Positions 1 through 8,395 of a stretch of 14,702 bases of DNA are shown in pieces. The number at the start of each line of letters is the position of its first letter. The stretch's first letter is position 1. The stretch is from Deinococcaceae bacterium. GTDB lineage: Bacteria; Deinococcota; Deinococci; Deinococcales; Trueperaceae. The DNA lies in assembly GCA_040256005.1 (NCBI GenBank), contig JBDZWC010000073.1:1-14702 (forward strand), written 5' to 3'. The notes beneath the pieces were generated by a model. The model was not told the origin of the DNA. It saw only the letters and a program-made list of their open reading frames with translations, and made no database searches. The translations under genes and the position numbers were made by a program.

Positions 1-2
1 AG

Positions 3-287
3 CGCGGGCTCGAGAGCGGGATGCTCGCCACGCTGGGTTGGATCGAGATGGAGGCAGGTGACCTCGGGGCGGCCGAGGCGCACGCGCGGCGGGCCGTTTC
101 GGTAGCGGAGGACATCGGCGACGAGCCGGCACAACAGACCGCGTTGGTGCGTCTCGGCCAGGTGCTTCTTGCCAGAGGTCGTTCGGGTGAGGCCGCGGAG
201 CTTCTGGACTCTGCCGCTGAACACTCAGCGACGCTCACCTGGGCGCGCCGGCTGGCACAGCGGCTCCGTGAACAGGTGGCTCTGTAG
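3..287 (+). CDS. Tetratricopeptide-repeat-like protein, C-terminal part (5' truncated by window edge)
   Basis: Frame is open from the window start. Helical TPR-like pattern (LATLGWIEMEAGDLGAAEAHARRAVSVA; ALVRLGQVLLARGRSGEAAELLD). TAG stop at 285-287. Confidence 0.75.
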   Translation, partial: RGLESGMLATLGWIEMEAGDLGAAEAHARRAVSVAEDIGDEPAQQTALVRLGQVLLARGRSGEAAELLDSAAEHSATLTWARRLAQRLREQVAL

Positions 288-382
288 CGGCGCTCCGCCA
301 ACGAGCAGCGGGCCTTGGCGCCGACTCGCTTTAGACCCGCTTAAGGGGCCGCGTAGGAGTGTGGTGTGCGGAGGTGCACCGC

Positions 383-1591
383 ATGCCATCAACCCCCATC
401 CGCGGACGCCGGCTCATCGTACTGGCGCTCGCACTCTCACTCGTGCTCAGCGCGTGCTTCGTGACGAGCGAAGGCATCTTCGTCGTCGGGCCGGGTTTGC
501 GTACATACCCGCTCGCCAGCCCAGAAGGGCTGTTCCTCGCGGCTACTTACGTGGCGGGGTCAGGCCTCGATCCGATCGAGTTCGGGCCCGTCGCTGGGAT
601 GATCATCGTCGCGATCGCCACGGGGCAAGGCTTCAGGGTCCTCGACCTGATGAACGACGAGGAGCTGTACTCCTACGACACAGCGGGGAACGCCCCCATG
701 TTCGGCGTGGTCGCTATGAGCGACGAGCCGCAGGGAAGCGGCTACGCCGGGGTAGTGGGCTTCGGCTCCGGGGGCGTGACCGTGGCTGAGTACTTCGGCA
801 GCGGCACGTCCTTCGACACCCCGGTCGAGTACGGCAGCAGCGTGACCTACGACATGTACCCGGCGGGCGGTTCCATTTACGCCGACCTCGTGACCAAGGT
901 CCAGCCGTCTATCGGCGTGCGTTTCCTGGTGAACGAGCCGCCGCTCCCGCCGCGCAAAGGTATCGACGCGCCGGCTGCCGTGGGCCCAGAGCTGGAGTCC
1001 GACTGGACGATCTCCCCGGAGCTGTTGCCGGCAGCGAACTTCACCGGCGAGTTGGTCTCGGCTTTCGTGGCTGACGATGACCTCGTCACGGCCGCACCGG
1101 CGTTGGTACTCACGCGCGGCGTGACCAGCAACCTGTACCTCGACGACCGCGATGGCGATGCCCCAGTCCTCGCCGAGGTCCTGGGGCTTGACGCTCGCAA
1201 GCTTCGCTGCGTGGACACCGAGTCCTCGGCAGGCTGGCTCTGCGCAGTAAGCCTCTTCGGAGCCGACCAGCTCGCGATCCTGAACTGGGACGGGCAGACC
1301 GAGCCCACCTTCCGTGGCAACGTGAACGTGGGTGATGGCCCGGTTGGCATCGACCTCAAGCTCCTCGACAGCGGTGATGTAGCAATCGTCTCGACCGGGT
1401 TCAACGACGACTCGGTTACAGAGGTACGAGTGTCGAACGTGGGAACGTTGCTCGCCACGCAAGCGCGGTCGGCGCCGGGCGGCTGCGACTCACCGGGCCA
1501 CGCCATCTACTTCGAGGACGAAGGCGGCATGGCCTTGGTGGGCACGTGCTGGAACAGCGGCAACTACTTCGTGCTTAGGTCGGTGTTGTAG
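383..1591 (+). CDS. Putative lipoprotein, beta-strand rich (possible beta-propeller), function unknown
   Basis: GGAGG at 370-374 precedes ATG 383. Basic N-region, hydrophobic stretch and lipobox LSAC. Propeller-like segments (VNVGDGPVGIDL, VSTGFNDDSVTEV, SPGHAIYF). Confidence 0.75.
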   Translation: MPSTPIRGRRLIVLALALSLVLSACFVTSEGIFVVGPGLRTYPLASPEGLFLAATYVAGSGLDPIEFGPVAGMIIVAIATGQGFRVLDLMNDEELYSYDTAGNAPMFGVVAMSDEPQGSGYAGVVGFGSGGVTVAEYFGSGTSFDTPVEYGSSVTYDMYPAGGSIYADLVTKVQPSIGVRFLVNEPPLPPRKGIDAPAAVGPELESDWTISPELLPAANFTGELVSAFVADDDLVTAAPALVLTRGVTSNLYLDDRDGDAPVLAEVLGLDARKLRCVDTESSAGWLCAVSLFGADQLAILNWDGQTEPTFRGNVNVGDGPVGIDLKLLDSGDVAIVSTGFNDDSVTEVRVSNVGTLLATQARSAPGGCDSPGHAIYFEDEGGMALVGTCWNSGNYFVLRSVL

Positions 1592-1686
1592 GGCTTAGCC
1601 GGCCGCTCTGAATAGTGAAGCGCCGGAGGCGTAGGAAAGCCCCCGGCGCTTCGGCTTGGCGGCCCCGTTGGGCCGCGTCGCAATGT

Positions 1687-4644
1687 CTAGGGCGCCTGGA
1701 TAACGACCTGGCCTGGCTGCTCGACGATCTTGGCCTTGATCGCGCTCAACTGACCGGGTGTAGCCCCGCTTCCAACAACAGCATCGAACGTGTTGTTGGC
1801 CGTGGCTTCAATCAGGTTGTCGGTGACGTTGGCAATGTACACCTCAACGCTACCTTCGAACGTGCTGTTCTCGATGGGGGTGACCTTGGGGTCGCCGTAT
1901 GCCAGGATCCCGGCGGCTTCGTCTCCACCCGTGTACTCGATGTCGGCGAACGTCACACCGTCGATGGTCCCGACCACGTTGCCGCCGGCACGGTCCCAGA
2001 ACACGATCCCGTTCTGGGCGATCTGATCCGTAGCCCCCGCCCCGGTAAACGTTCCGCCGGAGACGTGAACCGTGATGTCTCCACCGTCTCCAGCGACTTC
2101 TGAGCCGTTGCCGGTCACGATGTCGATGCCGTTCTTCTGCCAGCCAGAGAAATCGGTGTCGACCACGGCGAGTAGGGTCGACTCACCGGAGCCGGCGTCC
2201 ACAGCCAGGGATTGACCGGTCTGAGCGCCATTTTCGTCGAGCCCTGCCCCGACGAAGTCAACCCTCTCGATGTGGCCTTCGGAAGCGTTCCAGAGAACCG
2301 CAGCGTTGATGTCTGAGTCCCACTGGAGGGCGGTCGTGTCGATCGTCAAGTCCTCGAGAACCACGCCTGAGGAGTGGTCGACGAGTGCTGCAACCAGGAC
2401 GTTCGTGCGGTACTTGTGGTCGACTCCGCTGGCGAAGGCAGCCGTGGGTGCGAGGACCGTACCCGCTCCTTCGCCGCTGATCTCGAGACCGTTCGCGTTG
2501 CTGATGGCGAACACTGCATCGAAAGTGCCCGCGGTCAGGTTCACGGTCGCGTTCGGTGCCGCGTTGTCGATGGCCGCCTGGATGCTCATCCCCTCGCCTA
2601 CGTGGAACACGTTCTCGTAGGTGATGGCGCCGATGACGTCGTTCCCGAGCTCGCGGATGTAGGCCGAGCCGTTGGTCGGCACGCACAGGGTCAGAGCGAG
2701 GTGGACGGCTTCGGGAAGCGTCCTGGTCAGGTCGATGAAGTCCTCACCGCGGCCCGGCGACGTCGCTTCCGCGCAGAAGCTGTGAACGCCACGCTGCTGA
2801 GGCGCGAAGACCGCGTAACTGAAGCCTTCTAAGCGCAGGCCGCTGATCTGCTTGTCGAACTCGTTGTCGATGTAAACGGCCCTGCCGGCGTTTCCTCCGT
2901 TGTCCTCGAAGATGCTGGCGGCATCCACGTCGACGTCGGTGACTCCGTTGATGGTCCCGGTGTTCGTGCTGAACAGCCCGAGCCCGCCCCAGTTGTTGCG
3001 CAGCGTGTGTACGCCTTGAAGGACGACATCGTCGACCCCAGAGAGAGCGATGCCCACGCCGTCGGTATCGTTGCCGTCAGCGGTCACATTCCTGAGGACC
3101 GCGCCGGCCACGGTGTTCAGGTCGATCTCGCTGCGACCGTAGTTGGTCACCGTCACGTCCTCGATCGTCAGGCCGTTGAGCCCGTCGTTCCGGAACGCCT
3201 TGATGCCATAGTTGCCGCCCACGCCGGCGTCGGGTCCGACGAGCGTGAAGGCCTTGAGCGTGACGCCGTCGGCGGTCACGTTCATGCCCCAGCTGTTCGT
3301 GCCGGTCGTCTTGATCGTCACGACGCCTTCGCCCGCGCCGAGCAGCGTGAGCGGCTTGTGGATGGCGTAGCCGGCTGCTTCGTACTCGCCGGCCATTACG
3401 AAGACCGTGCCACCTTCGGCCACGGCCGCGATGCCCTGCTCGATCGTCGGGAACGGACGCGCCTCGCTGCCGTCAGCGTTTGCCGCGGAGGCATCGTCGT
3501 CGACGTAAACGAAGCCAGGGAACGGAGTGGTGTCGCTGGACTCGTTGCCGGAGCTATCGGTAGCGACGACGGTCAGCTCGCCCGTCGGGGCGACCGTCAG
3601 GTCGGCGTGCCAGTTGGTCGTGCCGGGGGCGAAGATGACCTGTGCGATGTCTGGCCCCACCTGATCAGGGTCGGTCGTCGCGACAAGTATGGGGCCGTCA
3701 TAGACGGTCACCGACGCGATGCCCGCGTTGTCGTGCGCGGCTCCGTAGACACGGTTGAGGATGGAGTCGTACTGCAGCGAGACGGTGGGAGCCTCGAGGT
3801 CGACGGTGATGTCGCCATTGAACGGAGCCGGGCAGGCGATCTCGTAGGTTCCGTCGCCCTGGATGGCCACGTCACCCGGCTCGATATCGGGCCCGTCAGC
3901 GACGAGACCGGACACGGTGCCGGCAACGGTCACCTCGCTGCACGTTTCGTCCACCGTGATGCGGATGCCTCGCTTGCTGGTTGCCTCCACGGCACCGCCA
4001 ACGACCGCTCCGAAGCTGACCTCGAAGTCGGACATCGGTACCTGCAGGTACGAGCCCGGGAAGTCCGCGTTCCCGTTCGCCATGACGACGAGCATCAGGT
4101 CGAGCGTCGACCCTGGCATGGCGTAGTTCGTCGGGAAGCGGGGAACGAGCACGGCGCCGTCGGCCTGGTCTATGACAGAGGCGAGCTTCACCAGGACGGT
4201 CGTAGCGTCGATGACGTTGCGGTCCTGGGAGTCGTACGCGATGACGTTCAAGCTCCCTGCGTCGAAGCCCTTCGACTCGAAGGTGTACGGGTTGCCGGCA
4301 GCGGGGAGGTTGACCTGAGCGCTCGCGTCGGCCGGCGTTAGCTCTATCGTGTTGACGCCTCCGCCCACCTGCGCCGTGTACTCGCCGGCGCTCAGGACGA
4401 ACTCGACCTGCGTGCCGTCCTTGTCGAACACCGCCACCTGGACGTTGTCCACGGCGATGCCGCCGTCGTCAGGCGAGTAAGGCGCACCAGCCGCCTGGAT
4501 ACCCGACGCGTCGATCGCATCCTCCAGGCCAACGGTCAGCGTCACGTAGCCGCCTGGAACGTTGGCCACTTGCTGACCGCACGCGGCCAGTAGTGCACCG
4601 AGGGCTACTAACGCCCCCACGAGTAGCTTGCGTGAACCTCGCAT
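1687..4644 (-). CDS. Large lipoprotein with Ig-like domains and right-handed parallel beta-helix (pectin-lyase-like) repeats
   Basis: AAGGAG SD upstream; signal peptide with lipobox LAAC. Ig-like segment (DLEAPTVSL...DNAGIASVTVY...ATDSSGN). Beta-helix cap motif (VYVD...DGSEARPFPTIEQGIAAVAEGGTVFVMAGEY) and a second cap (SIQAAIDNAAPNATVNLTAGTF). N/G/T/V-rich coils. Confidence 0.85.
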   Translation of the reverse strand: MRGSRKLLVGALVALGALLAACGQQVANVPGGYVTLTVGLEDAIDASGIQAAGAPYSPDDGGIAVDNVQVAVFDKDGTQVEFVLSAGEYTAQVGGGVNTIELTPADASAQVNLPAAGNPYTFESKGFDAGSLNVIAYDSQDRNVIDATTVLVKLASVIDQADGAVLVPRFPTNYAMPGSTLDLMLVVMANGNADFPGSYLQVPMSDFEVSFGAVVGGAVEATSKRGIRITVDETCSEVTVAGTVSGLVADGPDIEPGDVAIQGDGTYEIACPAPFNGDITVDLEAPTVSLQYDSILNRVYGAAHDNAGIASVTVYDGPILVATTDPDQVGPDIAQVIFAPGTTNWHADLTVAPTGELTVVATDSSGNESSDTTPFPGFVYVDDDASAANADGSEARPFPTIEQGIAAVAEGGTVFVMAGEYEAAGYAIHKPLTLLGAGEGVVTIKTTGTNSWGMNVTADGVTLKAFTLVGPDAGVGGNYGIKAFRNDGLNGLTIEDVTVTNYGRSEIDLNTVAGAVLRNVTADGNDTDGVGIALSGVDDVVLQGVHTLRNNWGGLGLFSTNTGTINGVTDVDVDAASIFEDNGGNAGRAVYIDNEFDKQISGLRLEGFSYAVFAPQQRGVHSFCAEATSPGRGEDFIDLTRTLPEAVHLALTLCVPTNGSAYIRELGNDVIGAITYENVFHVGEGMSIQAAIDNAAPNATVNLTAGTFDAVFAISNANGLEISGEGAGTVLAPTAAFASGVDHKYRTNVLVAALVDHSSGVVLEDLTIDTTALQWDSDINAAVLWNASEGHIERVDFVGAGLDENGAQTGQSLAVDAGSGESTLLAVVDTDFSGWQKNGIDIVTGNGSEVAGDGGDITVHVSGGTFTGAGATDQIAQNGIVFWDRAGGNVVGTIDGVTFADIEYTGGDEAAGILAYGDPKVTPIENSTFEGSVEVYIANVTDNLIEATANNTFDAVVGSGATPGQLSAIKAKIVEQPGQVVIQAP

Positions 4645-4928
4645 CTGTTCTCCTTCCCCCGCCCCGGATGTGAAACGGGATCGTGACTCGCCATGCCCGC
4701 GGCATGGCTAGGCGCCCAGCGCGGTGGCCGGGTAGTGCGGGCCTCGAGAAGACGTGAAGAGCATGCCCGTGAACCGCTTTTGGAAGCGATCACCTTGTTC
4801 GGTCGCGAACCCACGCGACTCTCTTCAGCCAGCGTCTTCAACCCCCGCATCGCGTCTTACATGAGGCCGTGATGAGTGACCATGAAAAGGTCCGACCGGC
4901 CTGTTAGGGCGCTGGCTCCAATACAGCA

Positions 4929-4959
4929 AGACGGCGCGACAGGTAGCGTCGCGCCGTCT
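4929..4959 (-). terminator. Probable terminator hairpin downstream of the ArsR-SRPBCC gene
   Basis: Perfect 12 bp inverted repeat AGACGGCGCGAC-N7-GTCGCGCCGTCT about 30 nt past the stop at 4991. On the minus strand it is followed by TGCTGTATT, a weak U tract. Confidence 0.6.
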
Positions 4960-4990
4960 GGGGCCCGTGTGGATCGGGTCTTCTACCGAC

Positions 4991-5881
4991 TCAGCCTCCC
5001 TCGACCACCTTGCGGATCGCCTCCTCGAAGCGAGCCATGTCCCCGTGAAACCGGATCCCCCGCTCCTGCTCCTCGTCGATGGGGCCCACGATCACGCGGG
5101 AGGACCTCAGCACCGATCCTCCGTCGACCGCCTCGATGGTCGAAGTCGTATCCATGATCGTTCCGGGGTGCAGCCGGGACCGCACGGCGTATCCGCGTGG
5201 CGGGTCCCAGCTCGTCACCAAGCCGTAGTAGTGTCCGGCGCCGTCGCCCCAATCCTCGTACTGTGCGCCGCCGACCCGCGGCTCGAACACGATGCGCTTG
5301 GTGCGGGCCTCGCCGTAGGTGTACGGGAACCACTTTAGGATCTCATCGGGGTCCGTCATCACGCGGAAGACTCGCTCCGGGGTCGCCGCGAAGCGCAACT
5401 CGTTCTCCAGGCGCAGCACCCTTACCGCCTCCAGCGCGCCCGCCTTCTTGTCGTCTATCGCCATCGTCTCCTCCTCCAGGTGCCGCTTGAGCGAGGTCAT
5501 CTCCATCGCCGCGGCGTCCGCATAGCGGTTCACCCAACGTTCGTAGAAGGCTCGGAGGGATGCGGCGTTGATGTGGTTGTAGCGATGACGACCGCGTCTC
5601 TCGATGATCACGATCCCGGCGTCCGAGAGCACGTCCAGGTGCTGCATCACAGCGAAACGAGAGATGTCTGGCAGCTGCTCAGCCAGCTCTCCGGTCGTCT
5701 TCGGACCCTGCTTGAGCTCGTCGAGGATCCTTCGCCGCCACGGATTGGCGAACGCACGCCAGAACGAGTCTGGGTGTGGGTCGCTAGGGGTGCGGTCCCT
5801 CGCCGGTCCCGTCGCGGACTTCGAAGCCCGCCCGCCGGAGCCAGAGCGCGCCTCTACGGCCGAGGCGGAGGCTGTTGACAT
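4991..5881 (-). CDS. ArsR/SmtB-family HTH regulator fused to a C-terminal SRPBCC (AHSA1/START-like) domain
   Basis: ArsR motif (AFANPWRRRILDELKQGPKTTGELAEQL...ISRFAVMQHLDVLSDAGIV...RGRHRYNH). SRPBCC motif (FAATPERVFRVMTDPDEILKWF...FEPRVGG...GLVTSWDPP). Confidence 0.9.
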   Translation of the reverse strand: MSTASASAVEARSGSGGRASKSATGPARDRTPSDPHPDSFWRAFANPWRRRILDELKQGPKTTGELAEQLPDISRFAVMQHLDVLSDAGIVIIERRGRHRYNHINAASLRAFYERWVNRYADAAAMEMTSLKRHLEEETMAIDDKKAGALEAVRVLRLENELRFAATPERVFRVMTDPDEILKWFPYTYGEARTKRIVFEPRVGGAQYEDWGDGAGHYYGLVTSWDPPRGYAVRSRLHPGTIMDTTSTIEAVDGGSVLRSSRVIVGPIDEEQERGIRFHGDMARFEEAIRKVVEGG

Positions 5882-5899
5882 GTGACGTTTATATCACAT
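5880..5899. promoter_or_regulatory. Palindromic operator ATGTGA-N8-TCACAT, probably the ArsR autoregulatory site
   Basis: Inverted repeat at 5880-5885 and 5894-5899 inside an AT-rich island that overlaps the ArsR start codon. TTGACA occurs at 5875-5880 and 5901-5906. Confidence 0.6.
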
Positions 5900-6042
5900 A
5901 TTGACAATTGCCGCGTGAGACGTCTTCCATGGTCGCCCTACGTCCGTCCGCCTCCTAGCCGCCAGGAACCATCTGTTGTCGCCGGGTCCACCAGGCCGTA
6001 ACCTGAATCGCTCGGACAACGCGATGGAAACGGGAGGTCTCC

Positions 6043-6387
6043 ATGGCGACAGACAGGCATCAGGCCCACGGGAAGGTCTGGAGAGGCGAAGAGGGAGACG
6101 AGCTTCTCGACGACGCGATCGACGACCGCGACGCCACCCCAGACGACCCGGACGACAAAGAAGACCGAGGACGCGCCTATTACGCCGATGGCATCACAGT
6201 GTACTTCAACGCCCGCAAGTGCTGGCATACCGGCGTGTGCCTCCGAGGCCTTCCCGAGGTCTTCAAACTGGGACGGCGCCCTTGGGTCCGCGCCGACCTG
6301 GACACTCCCGAACGCACAGCGGCACTGATCGATGTGTGCCCCTCGAAGGCGCTCAGCTACGACTTGAAGGCGGCCGAGCCGGGCTGA
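6043..6387 (+). CDS. YjdI-like divergent 4Fe-4S mono-cluster (Fer4_19-type) protein
   Basis: GGGAGG SD before ATG 6043. Motifs GITVYFNARKCWHTGVC...PEVF...RRPWV...CPSKALSY. Acidic N-terminal extension. Confidence 0.85.
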   Translation: MATDRHQAHGKVWRGEEGDELLDDAIDDRDATPDDPDDKEDRGRAYYADGITVYFNARKCWHTGVCLRGLPEVFKLGRRPWVRADLDTPERTAALIDVCPSKALSYDLKAAEPG

Positions 6388-6522
6388 CGACACCGCGGTG
6401 GACGTTGCTCGGGTGCCAGGCGGCGTGGCGAACGCTCATTTGACTTTGAACTCGTAGTGATGGTGTAAACTGTCTCCCGCTGTCGCGCGGGCGGTGCTCT
6501 CTTGCGGCGGCTCGGCAAGCGT

Positions 6523-6598
<76 letters not shown>

Positions 6599-6602
6599 CG
6601 TG

Positions 6603-6633
6603 GAACCCCGTCCTGGACGGGGTTCTTCGCTTT
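6603..6633 (+). terminator. Intrinsic terminator after tRNA-Lys
   Basis: Inverted repeat GAACCCCGTCC-T-GGACGGGGTTC (6603-6625) followed by TTCGCTTT. Confidence 0.8.
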
Positions 6634-6854
6634 AGTGCCACGCGAGCCACGGGATAGGTGTGGGCCGGGGGGACATGTATGGGAGATATCCAAGTCCTGG
6701 TGCTCCCCATGGACAAACCAGAAGCTGGCGAACCCCGGGCTCTAAGAAGCGTGACTTTCCGCGCCATCACCTACACTTGAGCGCGTCCTCGCGCTTGTTG
6801 TTGCTCACCTGCGCTATGACGTGCTCGTTACGCGGTCCACTACCGGACGTTCAC

Positions 6855-7646
6855 CTACCTGGCCGCGGCGCCCACCACCGGACGCCGCCTGGCGCTAAGC
6901 GCCTTGCGCTGCCACCAGTCGACGATGAGCAGCGCCACTGCGCCCGCCACGATCAGCTCGGCGGGGACGAACGTGCCGACGGCGTTCGACATGGCGTGGA
7001 AGAGCGTGACCAGCAGCACGCTCCCGCCCGTGCCCTCGAACAGCCAGGTGTAGACGAACGAGCGCGCCACCACGACCTCCGCGAAGGCGACCAAGGGGTA
7101 GCTCGACATAGGGCTGTCGGCGTTGAGCAGCAGCGGCACGTGCCATGCCGCCCACAGGACGCCTACGACCAGGGTGGCGACGATCCGGCCGTGCCGGTCG
7201 CGCAGCTCAGGCAGCGCGAAACCGCGCCAACCCGCCTCCTCTGGTATCGCAGCGATGAAAGCTACGAGCAAGGCGGGCAGCAGCGCCAAAGGACGAGCGA
7301 ACGCCTCGCCGAACGGACGCACGTCACCCGAGAGGGCGAGAGACGCCAACCACATCGCCGGGTAGCCAAGGAGCGCCGCGGCGTACCAGAGCAGGTGGAC
7401 GCGCCACCTACTCAGGCCCCGGAACGCGCGGCCCAGCGCCCGCGAACCGCGCGTGACCCTCAGGACGAGGTAGAGGGCGAGAAGCGGCCCGGCGCCACCA
7501 ACGACGTAGAGAACGGGGCTATCGAAGGGGAAGAGACCGCGTGAGTGCAGCGCCTGCGGCACCCAAGCCAGCCAGGTGATCGCGAAGGCGAGGACGTAGA
7601 ACGCCGCCACTGGGCGCCGCTCCATCCAGCCGGTGACGCGCCTCAT
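6855..7646 (-). CDS. CPBP family (type II CAAX/Abi) intramembrane glutamic endopeptidase
   Basis: Motifs EEAGWRG, LWAAWH and FHAMSN, with several TM helices. Start placed at ATG 7646, which overlaps the upstream stop (ATGA), rather than 7949. Confidence 0.9.
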   Translation of the reverse strand: MRRVTGWMERRPVAAFYVLAFAITWLAWVPQALHSRGLFPFDSPVLYVVGGAGPLLALYLVLRVTRGSRALGRAFRGLSRWRVHLLWYAAALLGYPAMWLASLALSGDVRPFGEAFARPLALLPALLVAFIAAIPEEAGWRGFALPELRDRHGRIVATLVVGVLWAAWHVPLLLNADSPMSSYPLVAFAEVVVARSFVYTWLFEGTGGSVLLVTLFHAMSNAVGTFVPAELIVAGAVALLIVDWWQRKALSARRRPVVGAAAR

Positions 7647-8035
7647 GACGCACCGAACACGGCGGCCGGCCAGCGCGCGAAGAAGACCGCGTACAGGACG
7701 GCGGCGCTGACCACGATGCCCAGCACCAGCATGGCGTTCCAGAACATGACGAGCAGCAGCAGCGAGGCGACGGCGCCCACGACGGCGAACGCCTGCCAGT
7801 CGCCGGCGAGGAACGGCACGCCCAGGAGCCCGAGGCCCGCGGCGGTGAAGGCGAGGGCCGCCACCAGCGCCAGCGTCCAGCCGAGGGGCCTGAGCGCCGC
7901 GGCGCCCACGCCCGCCAGCAGCCAGGAGCGCGTGAGGGCGAACGGCCAACCCTTGGCGTCAGCCGGCACCGGCGTGAAGTACGAGGCGTGGATCAGGCCG
8001 TGCGCGACGAGAAACAGACCCATAAGCGTACGCAT
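7643..8035 (-). CDS. Small multi-pass membrane protein (~130 aa, about 4 TM) with an HGLIH motif
   Basis: AGGGAGG SD at 8041-8047 before ATG 8035 (MRTLMGLFLVAHGLIH). Hydrophobic throughout. Stop overlaps the CPBP start. Confidence 0.8.
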   Translation of the reverse strand: MRTLMGLFLVAHGLIHASYFTPVPADAKGWPFALTRSWLLAGVGAAALRPLGWTLALVAALAFTAAGLGLLGVPFLAGDWQAFAVVGAVASLLLLVMFWNAMLVLGIVVSAAVLYAVFFARWPAAVFGAS

Positions 8036-8327
8036 GCCGACCTCCCTTGCCGGATCGTCAAGGGCCGGCTGTCGTTGTGGCGGCGCCCGTCGGTCGGTCC
8101 TCGACCTGAGGGTAGGGACGAAGCCCGCCAGCCATCGGCGCACCCGTCGTGCCGGAGGCGTGCTGGCCTCCGAGGCGACGCTAGGGCAAGGAGGCGTTCC
8201 GCGCCAGGGAGGACTGTCCCCCGGACCTGCGGCGGGAAAGGCAACGGCACGATCGCGCCGGGCGCGCTCGCGCGTGCCGGACGGCACCTGGGCCGAAGGG
8301 ACGCCCGAGGTCCCGCCCGACGGGGGC

Positions 8328-8363
8328 CTGACGCAAGCTGCCGAGCCCTAACACGCGTGTAAC
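8328..8363 (+). promoter_or_regulatory. Phased direct repeats (CTGAC, CTGCC, CTAAC, GTAAC), candidate OmpR-family binding site
   Basis: Pentamers start at 8328, 8338, 8348 and 8359 (10, 10 and 11 bp apart), just upstream of an operon that encodes an OmpR-family regulator. Confidence 0.4.
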
Positions 8364-8395
8364 CGAACGGCGAGAAGCTTCGGCCGGAGGTCGCC

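Noticed and set aside
4690..4708. 8 bp inverted repeat GCCATGCC-CGC-GGCATGGC upstream of the large lipoprotein gene
   Set aside because: Short and GC-rich, with no second copy or other support for a function.
5881..5898. TGTGA...TCACA as a CRP/FNR-family site
   Set aside because: The spacer is 8 nt rather than 6, and the site is better explained as the adjacent ArsR operator.
6440..6471. TTGACT ... TAAACT as the tRNA promoter
   Set aside because: The location is plausible but the spacing is 20 nt (14 nt with TTGAAC), so it was not called.
6679..6780. 33 aa ORF (MGDIQVLVLPMDKPEAGEPRALRSVTFRAITYT) after the tRNA terminator
   Set aside because: No recognisable motif or clear SD, and no integrase similarity that I can see. 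It cannot be told from a chance ORF.
8036..8287. N-terminal extension of the 7643 ORF (likewise 7647-7949 for CPBP and 10753-10977 for the kinase)
   Set aside because: Low-complexity translations. Better starts are supported by SD sequences or stop/start overlaps.
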